Below, piece after piece: positions 38,606 through 51,357 of a stretch of DNA of 64,000 nucleotides. Both the position numbers and the translations under genes were made by a program. The notes beneath the pieces are model-generated. The model saw only the letters and a program-made list of their open reading frames with translations, made no database searches and was not told the origin of the DNA. Within the stretch, counting starts at the first letter, position 1. Each line of letters starts with the position of its first letter. Source of the stretch: Octopus sinensis (taxonomy: Eukaryota); NCBI RefSeq assembly GCF_006345805.1, contig NC_043006.1, positions 19,716,001 to 19,780,000 of the forward strand. Reading direction: 5' to 3'.

Positions 38606-41600
38606 CCGGAGTAAACACATAAATGTGAAACAAGGTGGAAAAAAGAGTACTCAAATACCAAAGGTAGAGTAGTATGCTTTATTTAAAAGCAGCAGAAATT
38701 TAACAAAAGCTGTTACTTGGAGTTTCACGTTCCGTTCGTTGGACAGTTTTGTTAAAATAGAACGAAGATGACAATTTGATCAAAAACTAGCATAAACGAT
38801 GCACATTTAAAAATGGATTTGTTTGATTGGTCAAACAAAATAAACAAAACAAAATAAATGAGTTCAATATAAAATTATAAAAATCGAGGAAAAACCTTAA
38901 ATCGAAGAGTTGATTCAAATACATATTGTCATTAATTATGTAGAAAATATAATTCGATTAATACAATTGATACATAAAAAATTGAAATTAAAATATATTA
39001 AAATATTTCACAACAGTATATACACATACTAAACCATTAATATACATGTATACATCAAAATACACAGATAAGATCTTCGTTAATTCTGATAAGACAAGAA
39101 ACTTATATGCACTTGATAAGGACGTTTACAAGCATCTAATTTCGAATAGCGTCAGAGACACATACAAGAAAGATAACACAAATATATACAAAGAGGTGAA
39201 TTTGGAAGCGAGAAGAATAGCTAACAATCTTAAGATTAGCGATAGGATAGAATACCTTTCCCCGCGACCCGCTTTTATTACTCTAAAAGACCATAAAGCC
39301 AATTTTAATAGAAACGCTAAATGTAGATTGATCAATCCGGCTAAAACTGAAATAGGCATTATTAGCAAATATATTTTGGACCGTATTTTAACTAAGTTAG
39401 ATAGTGAATTAGATTTGAGAATTTGGAAGAATAGTAAGTCAGTTATAGAGTGGTTTAAAGGGATTAGCTATAAGCATAACTGCAATTTTATGCAGTTTGA
39501 TATTATTGACTTTTACCCGTCAATATCTAGGACTTTACTCCTAAGGGCATTAGATTTCGCCAAGCAGTATGTCAATATCGATAGCTCGGAAATTGATATT
39601 ATCATACATGCAAGGAAATCACTTCTTTTTTTTCAAGGATTCCACCTGGTGTTCATTTCTATCTTGGACAAAAACACAATAGAATACAATAAAATCATGT
39701 AAAGTTCAGTGAATTCACGTGAAATGTTTTTGGTATAAACAAATCAATATATTGCATAAATAGTCTCAATAGTCTCAATAGGCGCAGGAGTGTCTGTGTG
39801 GTGAGTAGCTTGCTAACCAACCACATGGTTCTGGGTTCAGTCCCACTGCATGGCATCTTGGGCAAGTGTCTTCTGCTATAGCCCCGGGCCGACCAATGAC
39901 TTGTGAGTGGATTTGGTAGACGGAAACTGAAAGAAGCCAGTCATATATATGTATATATATATATATATGTGTGTATGTGTGTGTGTTTGTGTGTGTGTGT
40001 GTTTGTCCCCCTAGCATTGCTTGACAACCGATGCTGGTGTGTTTACATCCCCGTCACTTAGCGGTTCGGCAAAAGAGACTAATGGAATAAGTACTGGGCT
40101 TACAAAGAATAAGTCCCGGGGCCGATTTGCTCGACAAAAGGCGGTGCTCCAGCATGGCCGCAGTCAAATGACTGAAACAAGTAAAAGAGTAAAAGAGTAA
40201 AGAGAGAGGTATTCTTCGAATCCTTGCTAACTTGAAAAAAACATACATAAAACAAACAATGTTTCTAGAATTAATCTCTGTTTTATGGGGTTTCGTTTCA
40301 GGATGGTTCACTTTATAACGTTTCTATGGCAGCGTGCAATGCTGCAGGACTTTGCACATTTGTCGATGCACTTCAGCAGATTTATGTTGACAGTACTGCA
40401 CCATCCATGGGCCATTTCAAACCAGATAAGCTCAGCTGGGACACTGTCTCAGAAAATGCAGTAAATCTAACCAGACTTAACCTGGTTTGGTATAATTTCG
40501 AAGACGGAGAATCAGGTATCAACAGGTGAGACATTTTGAATTGTGATATGATAAAGTGCTCATACTAATGTTTCTTGTTGTCATTGCTGCAGTTGTCATT
40601 ATAGTTGTGTCGATATCGAACCTCATCCGACGACAGGCACCTATGCCAACCCCCCTTTGCTTGCGAAGACCTGTTGGGGCAAGTGAATTCGAAATCGGAA
40701 TCGAAATTGAACCAATCCTATGACTGGCACCCGGCAGATGCCAGGACCCCTGGACTGGAGATACGTAAAAAGCACTATCCGAATCGTGGCCGATGCCAGC
40801 GCCGCCTCGACTGGCTTCCATGCAGGTGGCACGTAAAATGCACCAATCCAACCGTGGCCAATGCCAGCCTCGCCTGGCACCAGTGCAAGTGGCACGTAAA
40901 AAGCACCGACTACACTCACGGAGTGGTTGGCATTAGGAAGGGCATCCAGCTGTAGAAACATTGCCAGATAAGACCGGAGCCTGCTGCAGCCTTCTGGCTT
41001 CCCAGATCCCCGGTCGAACCATCCAACCCATGCTAGCATGGAGAACAGACGTTAAACGATGATGATGATGTTGTTGACCATTTACATGATTTCTAAAATG
41101 AAGTAACTAAACAAACATTTAGTTGAAAAGTCCAGCATATCAGTGGCACCATGACCACTCTGCGCCTTCTCTTATAATTCCTTTCACAACTAGTGGAGTG
41201 CTTTACGAAATATTAACCCATTAGCATTTAAACTGGCCATATCCAGCCCAAATATTCTACCTGATCTGGTCTCTCACATTTACCCTACAATGCCATTCTA
41301 AAAAAATATAGTCACATCAAAGAAATCTTGAAGATAGAAGATAATGCATGATATATTAAAAACCTTAATGCTAAGTAATATACATAATGCTAGTACAAGC
41401 TGTAAATATTAGAATTAAAAATAGCATATATATATATATATATATATATATAAATTAATAAATGGTGGGGTTGTGTTGACCACACGTGAAGAAATGATAG
41501 GCAAGGAAAAATTATAAAAAGGCAGAATGCTAAATTGAAAGAAAATTTTAATGAAAATGGGTGTATGGAAAATTTTGAAAAATTGATAAAATATATATAT

Positions 41601-41745
41601 ATTAATTCAATATGACGAAAACCGGTTTGAATTAATATATATATTTTATCAATTTTTAAAATTTTCCATACACCCATTTTCATTAAAATTTTCTTTCAAT
41701 TTAGCATTCTGCCTTTTTATAATTTTTCCTTGCCTATATATATAT

Positions 41746-41792
<47 letters not shown>

Positions 41793-42068
41793 TAAATGGT
41801 GGGGTTGTGTTGACCACACGTGAAGAAATGATAGGCAAGGAAAAATTATAAAAAGGCAGAATGCTAAATTGAAAGAAAATTTTAATGAAAATGGGTGTAT
41901 GGAAAATTTTGAAAAATTGATAAAATATATATATATTAATTCAATATGACGAAAACCGGTTGAATTAATATATATATATTTTATCAATTTTTTAAAATTT
42001 TCCATACACCCATTTTCATTAAAATTTTCTTTCAATTTAGCATTCTGCCTTTTTATAATTTTTCCTTG

Positions 42069-42114
<46 letters not shown>

Positions 42115-43813
42115 CCTCTCCTACTCTAGATGGGACACTAATACATCGCAGGATTACTCATTTTTGCCAGCTGAGTGAACTGGTGTAACATGAAATGAGG
42201 TCTTTTGCTGAAGGGCATAATGCCTTGACCAGTCCAGGAACTGAAACGACACTCTTATGATCATGAGCTCAGCACTTTAACTACTAAGTCATATGTCTCC
42301 ACAGAAGTCCATGCAGACCTTACCCAATCACATGTTGTGGATCATTGTTCAACTTTTTGAGTTTGATAAAATATAGTACCAGTCACATACTGGGATTAAT
42401 TTAACCTGTTAGCATTCAGGGAACAAACTGCCGGCATCAGTTGTTAGTTGTCGGAGCACTGCATCCTTCAAAACTTCCATGCTTTCTGAGATTCGCCAAC
42501 ACTACACCTGATTTTCTCCCCTCCATACACACATAAGCATGTACCTGACTCATGCATTGTTCACTTTCCAGACATTTGTACACCACTGCATGTGCTTTAT
42601 ATGCACTGTCTGACAAGTTGTGGTGCGCCTGAGCACTGTATACAATAATTTCATTATTATTATTATTTTATTATTTCATTGTCAAATATAATGTTTATTT
42701 ATTCACATTGTTTTAAAGTAACTAAACAATGACCATGCATGATATATTAAAAACCTTAATGTTAAGTAATATACATAATGCTAGTACAAGCTGTAAATAC
42801 TAGAATTAAAAATAGGTAATGGTTCAAATATATACACACCTATTATATAAACTAACTATCTTATTAATATATATGTAGTACTACATCATTATCATCATCA
42901 TCGTTTAACGTCCGTTTTCCGCGCTAGCATGGGTTGGACGGTTCGACCGGGGTCTGGGAAGCCAGGGGCTGCACCAGGCTCCAGTCTGATCTGGCAGTGT
43001 TTCTACAGCTGGATGCCCTTCCTAACACCAACCACTCTGCAAGTGTAGTGGGTGCTTTTTACGTGCCACGGCACAGGTGCCAGGGGAGTCTGGCATCGGC
43101 CACGATCGGTTGGTGCTTTTAACATGCCACCAGCATGGAAGCCAGTCAAGGCGGCGCTGGCATCGGCCACATTCGGATGGTGCTTATATATTAATAATAT
43201 AGTTAGTTTATCTAATAGGTGTTGCTTTGGCAGAGGTTTGCACTCTCCGAGTGCTCTTGTTATTATTATTATCATTATTATTATTTTAAATTGTTAGCAT
43301 GCTGGGCAAAACGTTTAACAGTATTTCATTTGCCACTACATTCTGAGTTCAAATTCCTCTGAGGTCGACTTTGCCTTTCATCCTTTCGGTATCGATAAAT
43401 TAAGTACCAGTTGAGTACTGGAGTCGAGGTAATCAACTGTCCCCCTCCCCACAAAATTTAGGCTTTGTGCCTATAGTAGAAAGGATTATTGTTTTGGTTT
43501 TATGCAGGTTTGGTCTTATTCTTGGTAGGATTTATGTAGGTAGTGGGTTACTACCTGTAACCTTAGGAATCCACAAGTTACCAGTAGTATCTCAAGGACT
43601 GAGAACTTTCCTGATAATCCTTGCTCTCCCTAAGAGGCAAACTTTATGTAGGAGCTCTACAGGGCATTTTATTCCAATTTTCTTGAGCCATTTGTCTTGA
43701 CTTCATCTTTCATCCTTTCAGGGTTAATAAAATGTATCAGTTGAACACTGGGGATGATGCAATCAACTCATCTTCTCCCACAAAATGGCTGCCCTTGTGA
43801 CAACATTTGAAAC

Positions 43814-43848
<35 letters not shown>

Positions 43849-46800
43849 GGTGCCAAGCTGGCATTTTTACCAGCCCTTTACATTCTGAGTTCAAATTCAA
43901 TTCTGCTGAGGTTGATTTTGCTTTCGCCTTTTTGGTCTTGATAAAATAGATACCAGTAAGCAATGTAATCTGTAAATCCCTTGCCCTAAAACTGCTGGCC
44001 TTGTGCTAAAATTTGAAAACCCCTATTGTTATTATTATTGATGTGACATTTTTATAATTCAACTTCACACTGTTTCCTTCATTTTCAGATATCACCTAAC
44101 AATACGCCACTTAAGTAACCAACTGATAAGCAAACCCATAACTGTCTCTCACAAAAGTGGAATGAAATACCAATCTGCCCAAGCAATACTGAATGAACTT
44201 CTCATACCATCAGATGAACTCATCATTGAGATTCTAGCAGAAAACAGAGTAGGTCTTTATAGTGCAGTATTTAAACTGACTGTTAGAATGGTGAGTAGCT
44301 CCATACAAGGAGACTATGGACTGCTTGATATCCAAAAACACTCTTGTTCTATACAGTATTGCAATAATGACTGTACTTGTGCTGCTAGTGGTAAAAAATG
44401 TCAAGTGCTCTCTAAAGCCTCAATGAAATGTCATAGTCTACCCGAGGAAAACACTTCTTTATCAATAGATGTATTAAATGATAAAGGCTTTATTGTATCT
44501 GCTAAATGTCTCACAGCTTATTGGAAGGTGAGCAACGTTTCTGCTATCCAACGTTTTGAATGGAGTGCAGGTATCAAGGGTTCCAGTTTTGGTGATGGTA
44601 TCTTCAATATTCTAAAAGAAAATCCTTGGAAAGATATTGGTTTGCAAGACCACGTGACGTACTGTTTACCTAAAGGACAAGATCTAATGGCTAGTGAAGA
44701 ATACAAGTTTTATATTAAAGCATGGTATTCTGCTGACCAGTTCCGTGTGTTTACATCTCCAGACACAATAGATCTTGATCTCACTGCACCAGTCGTTCGC
44801 CGAGGGGCATCAGTACGGGACACAACAAAAGGATGCAGTGAGGAGGATGTTGACTACATGACAGCAGTAACAACCATCGCAGCTTGCTGGAAGGGAGTTT
44901 TTAAAGAATCACAAAGTGTGCTGACACATTTCATTGTGATGGCAGGAACAGCACCTGGTTGTAAGTAAAATATTCAGTATCTACTGCCTATTTTGAGGTT
45001 TTTTTATTAATTTAGTCAACATCTTTCACATCTGTGAGGAAAAAAAAAAAACCCTACATTTTTACATTCTCTCTGCACATTATATGTCAATACCTATTTC
45101 TTTACTACCCACAAGGGGCTAAACACAGAGGGGACAAACAAGGACAGACAAACGGATTAAGTCGATTATATCGACCCCAGTGCATAACTGGTACTTATTT
45201 AATCGACCCCGGAAGGATGAAAGGCAAAGTTGACCTTGGCGGAATTTGAACTCAGAACGTAACGGGAGACGAAATACGGCTACGCATTTCGCCCGGCCTG
45301 CTAACATTTCTGCCAGCTCGCCACCTTAAATGTCAATACCAATAAAGTTAGTCTCTCTAGCACACCACAACTGATTGCTCTTCTTCTCAGTTATCTCCCA
45401 GATTGCTCATCATCTCAGTTTATCTCTCATCTCATCACTCATGGATCTTAATATCATACATCCAATAGAAGACAGTGAGCTGGCAGAATCATTAGCATGC
45501 CTTAGTGGCATTTCATCTATCTTTAGGTTCTGAGTTCAAATGCCACCAGGGTCGACTTTGCTTTTCATCCTTTCAGAGTTGATAAAATAAGTAGCAGCTG
45601 AACACCATGTCAATGTAATCAACTTTATTCCCTCAACCCCGAAATTGCAGGCCTTGTGCTAAAATTTGAAACCAGTACTATACATCGAATGGATCATGCT
45701 TATTTAATTTCTCCCCAACCTTCATGCATCTTCTGCATTCAGTACTCGTGTCTCACTGCCATACAAGTATTGCATTTCACCTTGTAAGCTTCACATTTAA
45801 TCTTGCTACTATGTAGGATTTGTAAAGGTATTTTTCATCAGATAATATTTGGGTTTCTTTGAATAAGTATGTGCACATATGTATCTGTATGCAAAGTATG
45901 TGTGTACATCACTTGTTAAGGTCATCAGTACAGATTTACTATAGAAATTATAGCCTGCACTGATTTGTTACGCTTCATATCCAAGTATGCCAAATCAGTT
46001 CTGGCTATAATTTCTATAGAAAATCTATAGAGATAATCTTAACAGGTGATTTAAGAGCACTCATCAACATCATTGTTCGACCATGGTCGAGACAATGGAA
46101 TTTACCATGCTACGCCAGACTTCACGGTCCATCATGGCATTACGGAGGTCCTGTTGCTGGATGCCTGTATCCCTGGAGATTACATCAGGGTAGGAGAGTG
46201 TGCGCCCTCTGGTATTGCGAGTAGATGGCTTCCAGAGGAGAAGAGTAGAAATTACTTCTTTTTCAGCTCTACAACAATGTCCAGCAAACTGGACTCTCCT
46301 ACCTTTCACAAGAGATGACACAGGTGGTAGTTTCCTATATATTTGCATTTTGGTTGGATGGCGCTTCCACGAGAGATTTTGAGCTCTCATAAGGAGGCGA
46401 GTGTAGGTTCCATCCAACCGCCTCTCAAGCTTCTTTGATAACGTCCAGGTTTCTGAGCCATATAGTAGAATTGGTTCGACTGTGGCTTTGGAGATTTCAA
46501 GTTTGAAGTCTCTACTTAGATTTGATGACCAGATCTTATACATGTCATTAAGAGCACTGCTAGCACAGTAGAACACGATATTGACTTATGTTTGATATAC
46601 TTTGTAGTATATCATGGTTGCTTGATGAAATACAGTGTCCCTACAAGTCATTAATGTGTGCAAATGTTTATATGTATGAATGTGTGTGCGGTGGCGGGAG
46701 GGTGCAAATGTGAATCTGCATGCAAATGTGTATGTATGGGTGCAAGTGTGTTTGTGTTTGAATGTTAATATGTTATGAATTGAACATAATTATAAAAATA

Positions 46801-48617
46801 CCAGTAAAAATAATGTTTGTAATTGATGATTAACTTGTCCCGTTTTTCAACAGATGGAGACCTTTTACCAGCAGAAATCTTACCAGCAAATATTACAGAG
46901 AAAGTCAGCCAAGTGAAGTTAGAGAAAGGGAGCAACTATTATTTCACAGTGGTGGCAGTTAATAACCTTGGACTCTTTGTTTCATTGAGTTCTGATGGAT
47001 TTGTTTTTGACGATATACCTCCCTTAGCAGGCATTGTATATAACACAGAGATCTATCGCAGCAGTCACCATCAGAACTTACAAAAGTCTTTTGGAATATC
47101 CTGGCACGGTTTTGAAGATGCTCACTCTGCTGTACAAGAATATGTAGTGGCAATGGGCCCATCCAAGCTCGCTAGTGCTACATCTCCTTTTACTTCTGTT
47201 GGAATTGCAACACATCACAAGTTTGAAGTTCTGAATCTAGACCAAAGCAAGTGCTATGTAGGCTATGTTCAAGCGGTTGATGCAGCCGGTCATAGAAGCA
47301 ACATTTCTCGATCTCCAGAAGTTTGCATAGATAGGACGCCTCCTGAAGGTTTTATGTGTGATTCTACCAAAACTATCATCCAAAAGGAATTTGAAGTAAA
47401 CAACAACAGCCTTCAAGACCAAGATCAACACTTTATCACCACACTACAGATTCAGATGCACAAGATCTATTACATCTCTTTCACCGTCCTATCTCATATA
47501 TACAGACAAAATATCATTTTATACATTGGAGACAATGCAGCCCGTATTCCTCCTCGAATACTATCTGACACTTCTCAATTCAAATTCCATTTTGTATCTA
47601 GAGAAAATGGAAGGAAAAATGTTTCCCTTCAGATTAACGCTGGCAGAGATTTACCACTAAAATTCCAAATGTCTGTAGATGAGTGTATATCAGTTAGTTC
47701 AGATGTAAACAGTGCGTTAGAACTTCGGCAAACTTCACCTACTACAATATCAGTCTCCCTTCAAGTACAGGACGAAGACAGTGACATCGGACATATTTAC
47801 ATTGGTGCTGGAACTACACCACATGGTTTCCAAATCAATCAACTGGCTCATGTATCTCCCAGTGGTATACACACAATATACAGTGAGTCTCTTCTCCATG
47901 GACAGCAAGTATATGTGACAGCACAAGTGGAAAATGAAGCAGGGTTAGTTGCTACCTTTACAAAATCTGTTACAGTTGACAAAACTCCACCTGTTATCAG
48001 TATGGAGTACTTTGTCATATCACATGATCAACCAACAACAATTCTAGTTGAAGCAAAGTGGAAGTCAAGTGACGAGCAGTCTGGTATTTCTAAATGCTAT
48101 TACAGTATAGGTAAGTAGTTATATGTAATAAAGTACATTCAATTATTTGGTAATTTATATAAGATTAAAAATAACTGCATTCCATATTCATTTCTTGGTA
48201 TTTTTTAACACCGAGTCCACAAATACTCTTGCACCAAACAGTTCTCAAAACCACAGAACTTTTGAATCTGATCCAAGAACTCGAATCATCTTTTATTCTG
48301 ATATTTTGTCAGCCCATTTATTTTGATTTTTATTCATCATCCACATCTGTTACAGTGGAATATTTCATGGTATCCACTAGCTTAATGACATCTGATCATT
48401 ATACCAAGTCAGTCAGTCTTAAGTCATCTTTTATTATAAAATACTGCAGTGAGGCGCAGGAGTGGCTGTGTGGTAAGTAGCTTGCTATCCAACCACATGG
48501 TTCCGGGTTCAGTCCCACAGCGTGGCATCTTGGGCAAGTGTCTTCTGCTAAAGCCCCGGGCCAACCAATGCCTTGTGAGTGGATTTGGTAGACGGAAACT
48601 GAAAGAATCCTATCGTA

Positions 48618-48700
<83 letters not shown>

Positions 48701-50664
48701 TGTGTGTGTGTTTGTGTGTCTGTGTTTGTCCCCCTAGCATTGCTTGACAACCGATGCTGGTGTGTTTACGTCCCCGTCACTTAGTGGTTCGGCAAACTAG
48801 ACCGATAGAATAAGTACTGGGTTTACAAAGAATAAGTCCCGGGGTCGATTTGCTCCACTAAAGGCGATGCTCCAGCATGGCCGAAGTCAAATGACTGAAA
48901 CAAGTAAAAGAGTAAAGAGTAAGAGAGTGAACAAAGGTTTTTCTAACTTTACTGCAGCTATTAAAGGCCTTCAAATGCATGTGTGCATGTGGCAACTTAA
49001 GCTAGTGTTTTCTACTATAGTCATGGTCTGATTAAAAACCTGTGAGTGGATTTGGTAAACAGAAACTGAAAGAAGCCCATGGAACATGTGTGTGTATGTG
49101 TGTGTGTTTGTAGCTTTAATTTTTTACCTGTTTCAGTCATTAGACTGTGGTCATGCTGGGGCATGGCCTTGAAGAATTTGTTGAAAGAATCAACCCCAGT
49201 ACTTTATTTAAGTCCTGTACACATCCTATCAGTCTCTTTTTTGCCAAACCGCTAAGTTACAGAGATGTAACACACCAAGACTGGTTGTAAAGCAGTAGAA
49301 TGAGAACAAATACAGATACAAAAACATACATAAATATATATATATGGTATGAGCTTCATTCAGTTTCCATCCACCAAATCCACTCACAAGGTTTTGGTCA
49401 GCTCAAAGCTATATTAGAAGACGCTTGCCCAAGGTGCCATGCAGTGGGACTGAACCTGGAACAATGTGGTCGGGAAGCAAGCTTCTTACCACACAGCCAC
49501 ACCTATAAATATATATATATAAAACTCAACTTGTGAGTCTGTGTGTGTATCTGTGTGTGTGTCTGTGTGTTTAACTTCCCGGTACATCTCCTCCTAGCCA
49601 ACAAATCGTAGAACCACCAAAAATGGGTCACTTAAAGTTTAGGTGAATGAAAATTGAACTGCCTTATTTCTATTCCGAAATTCATCTCGCAAGTGCAAAA
49701 ATCGATAATGTGTTTGTTTAGGCCTTATCCCATGCATTGAATAGTGAACTTTACTCAGTCAGCTGTTTGATGTGAACTGTGTTCACCACACATGCAAGCA
49801 TACGTAAATTGCATGAAAAATAAAAAGTCAAGATATAAAAACGAATTGCCATAGACATTGTAGAAATTCGGCAAAGAAATGAATTATCGGGATGTAGCCT
49901 GGAGGGTTTTTTCATATTAATCGTTTGGACTTTGTGAACACATACCAATTGTTTTCATAACATTTTTAACGCTTTGAATTAAATGTGACCATTTTGCGTT
50001 GAGTCTGCAGTTTGAATCACTTTAACCAAATTTTAGCAGGCCGGATTTTTGATCATCACGATACATCGCCAGCGACTCCCTGAAATTCTCCCCTGAAATC
50101 CCCGTTGAGAAATCTATATATATAAAACTCAACTTGTGTGTCTGTGTGTGTATCTGTGTGTTTAACTTTTGGATCTACCAAGTTTCATTATTAAGGATGG
50201 AAAGTGGTGTGTAGCAAATCTATATATATAAAGCTGAAGTTGCCTGTGTGTGACAGGTTTGGTAGCCTTCAACTAACACTATCTCCTTCGAGACCCTGCA
50301 GCACAAGTTGACCAAAATTGAGAGTATGATAGAAGAAGGCTTGCTCTTCATTCTGTAGAAGATAAAATTCAAATCGGACCATGTTAACACCATAAATTAT
50401 TTACATCAAAAAGGTGCTTTTTTTCTATGAAAATCCCTATTTTTTACGAATTTTGACTGCTGTGTCACCATTTTTCGGTGTATTTCAACTGGAAAAATGT
50501 TTACTTGAAGAGAATAATAAGTTGCATTATGCAAAAATTTTACTTTTCAAAAATTCCAATTCTAAAGGGTCGAAACAAACCCAAGCAACACCGAGTGATA
50601 CTGCTAGTATATATATATATATATATATATTGATTTGCCTAATAGTGGTTTTATCTCTAATTTA

Positions 50665-50705
<41 letters not shown>

Positions 50706-51027
50706 ATATATGTAGATATATATATATATATTGTATATATGTAGATATATATATATATATATATATTGTATATATGTAGATCTGGAGCCTGGTGCAGCCT
50801 ACTGGCTTCCCAGAACCCCGGTCGAACCGTCCAACCATGCTAGCATGGAGAACGGACGTTAAACGACGATGACGACGATGATGATGATGTAGATATATAT
50901 AACATATATATATATATATAAATATATATATATAAATATATATTGTATATATGTAGATATATAAATATATATATATATATATTGTATATTTGTAGATATA
51001 TATAACATATATATATATATAGATACA

Positions 51028-51111
<84 letters not shown>

Positions 51112-51311
51112 GATACATATATATATATATATATACATTATATATATATATATATAGATACATATATATATATATTATATATATATATATATGAAAAAAC
51201 AAGTCAAATAGAAAATGCTAAAATAAATGTTCACTATAAAATTATTTTAGCATTTTCTATTTTTGACTTGTTTTTTCATATATATCAACTCGTGTGTTCC
51301 TTTTCACCCTT

Positions 51312-51357
<46 letters not shown>

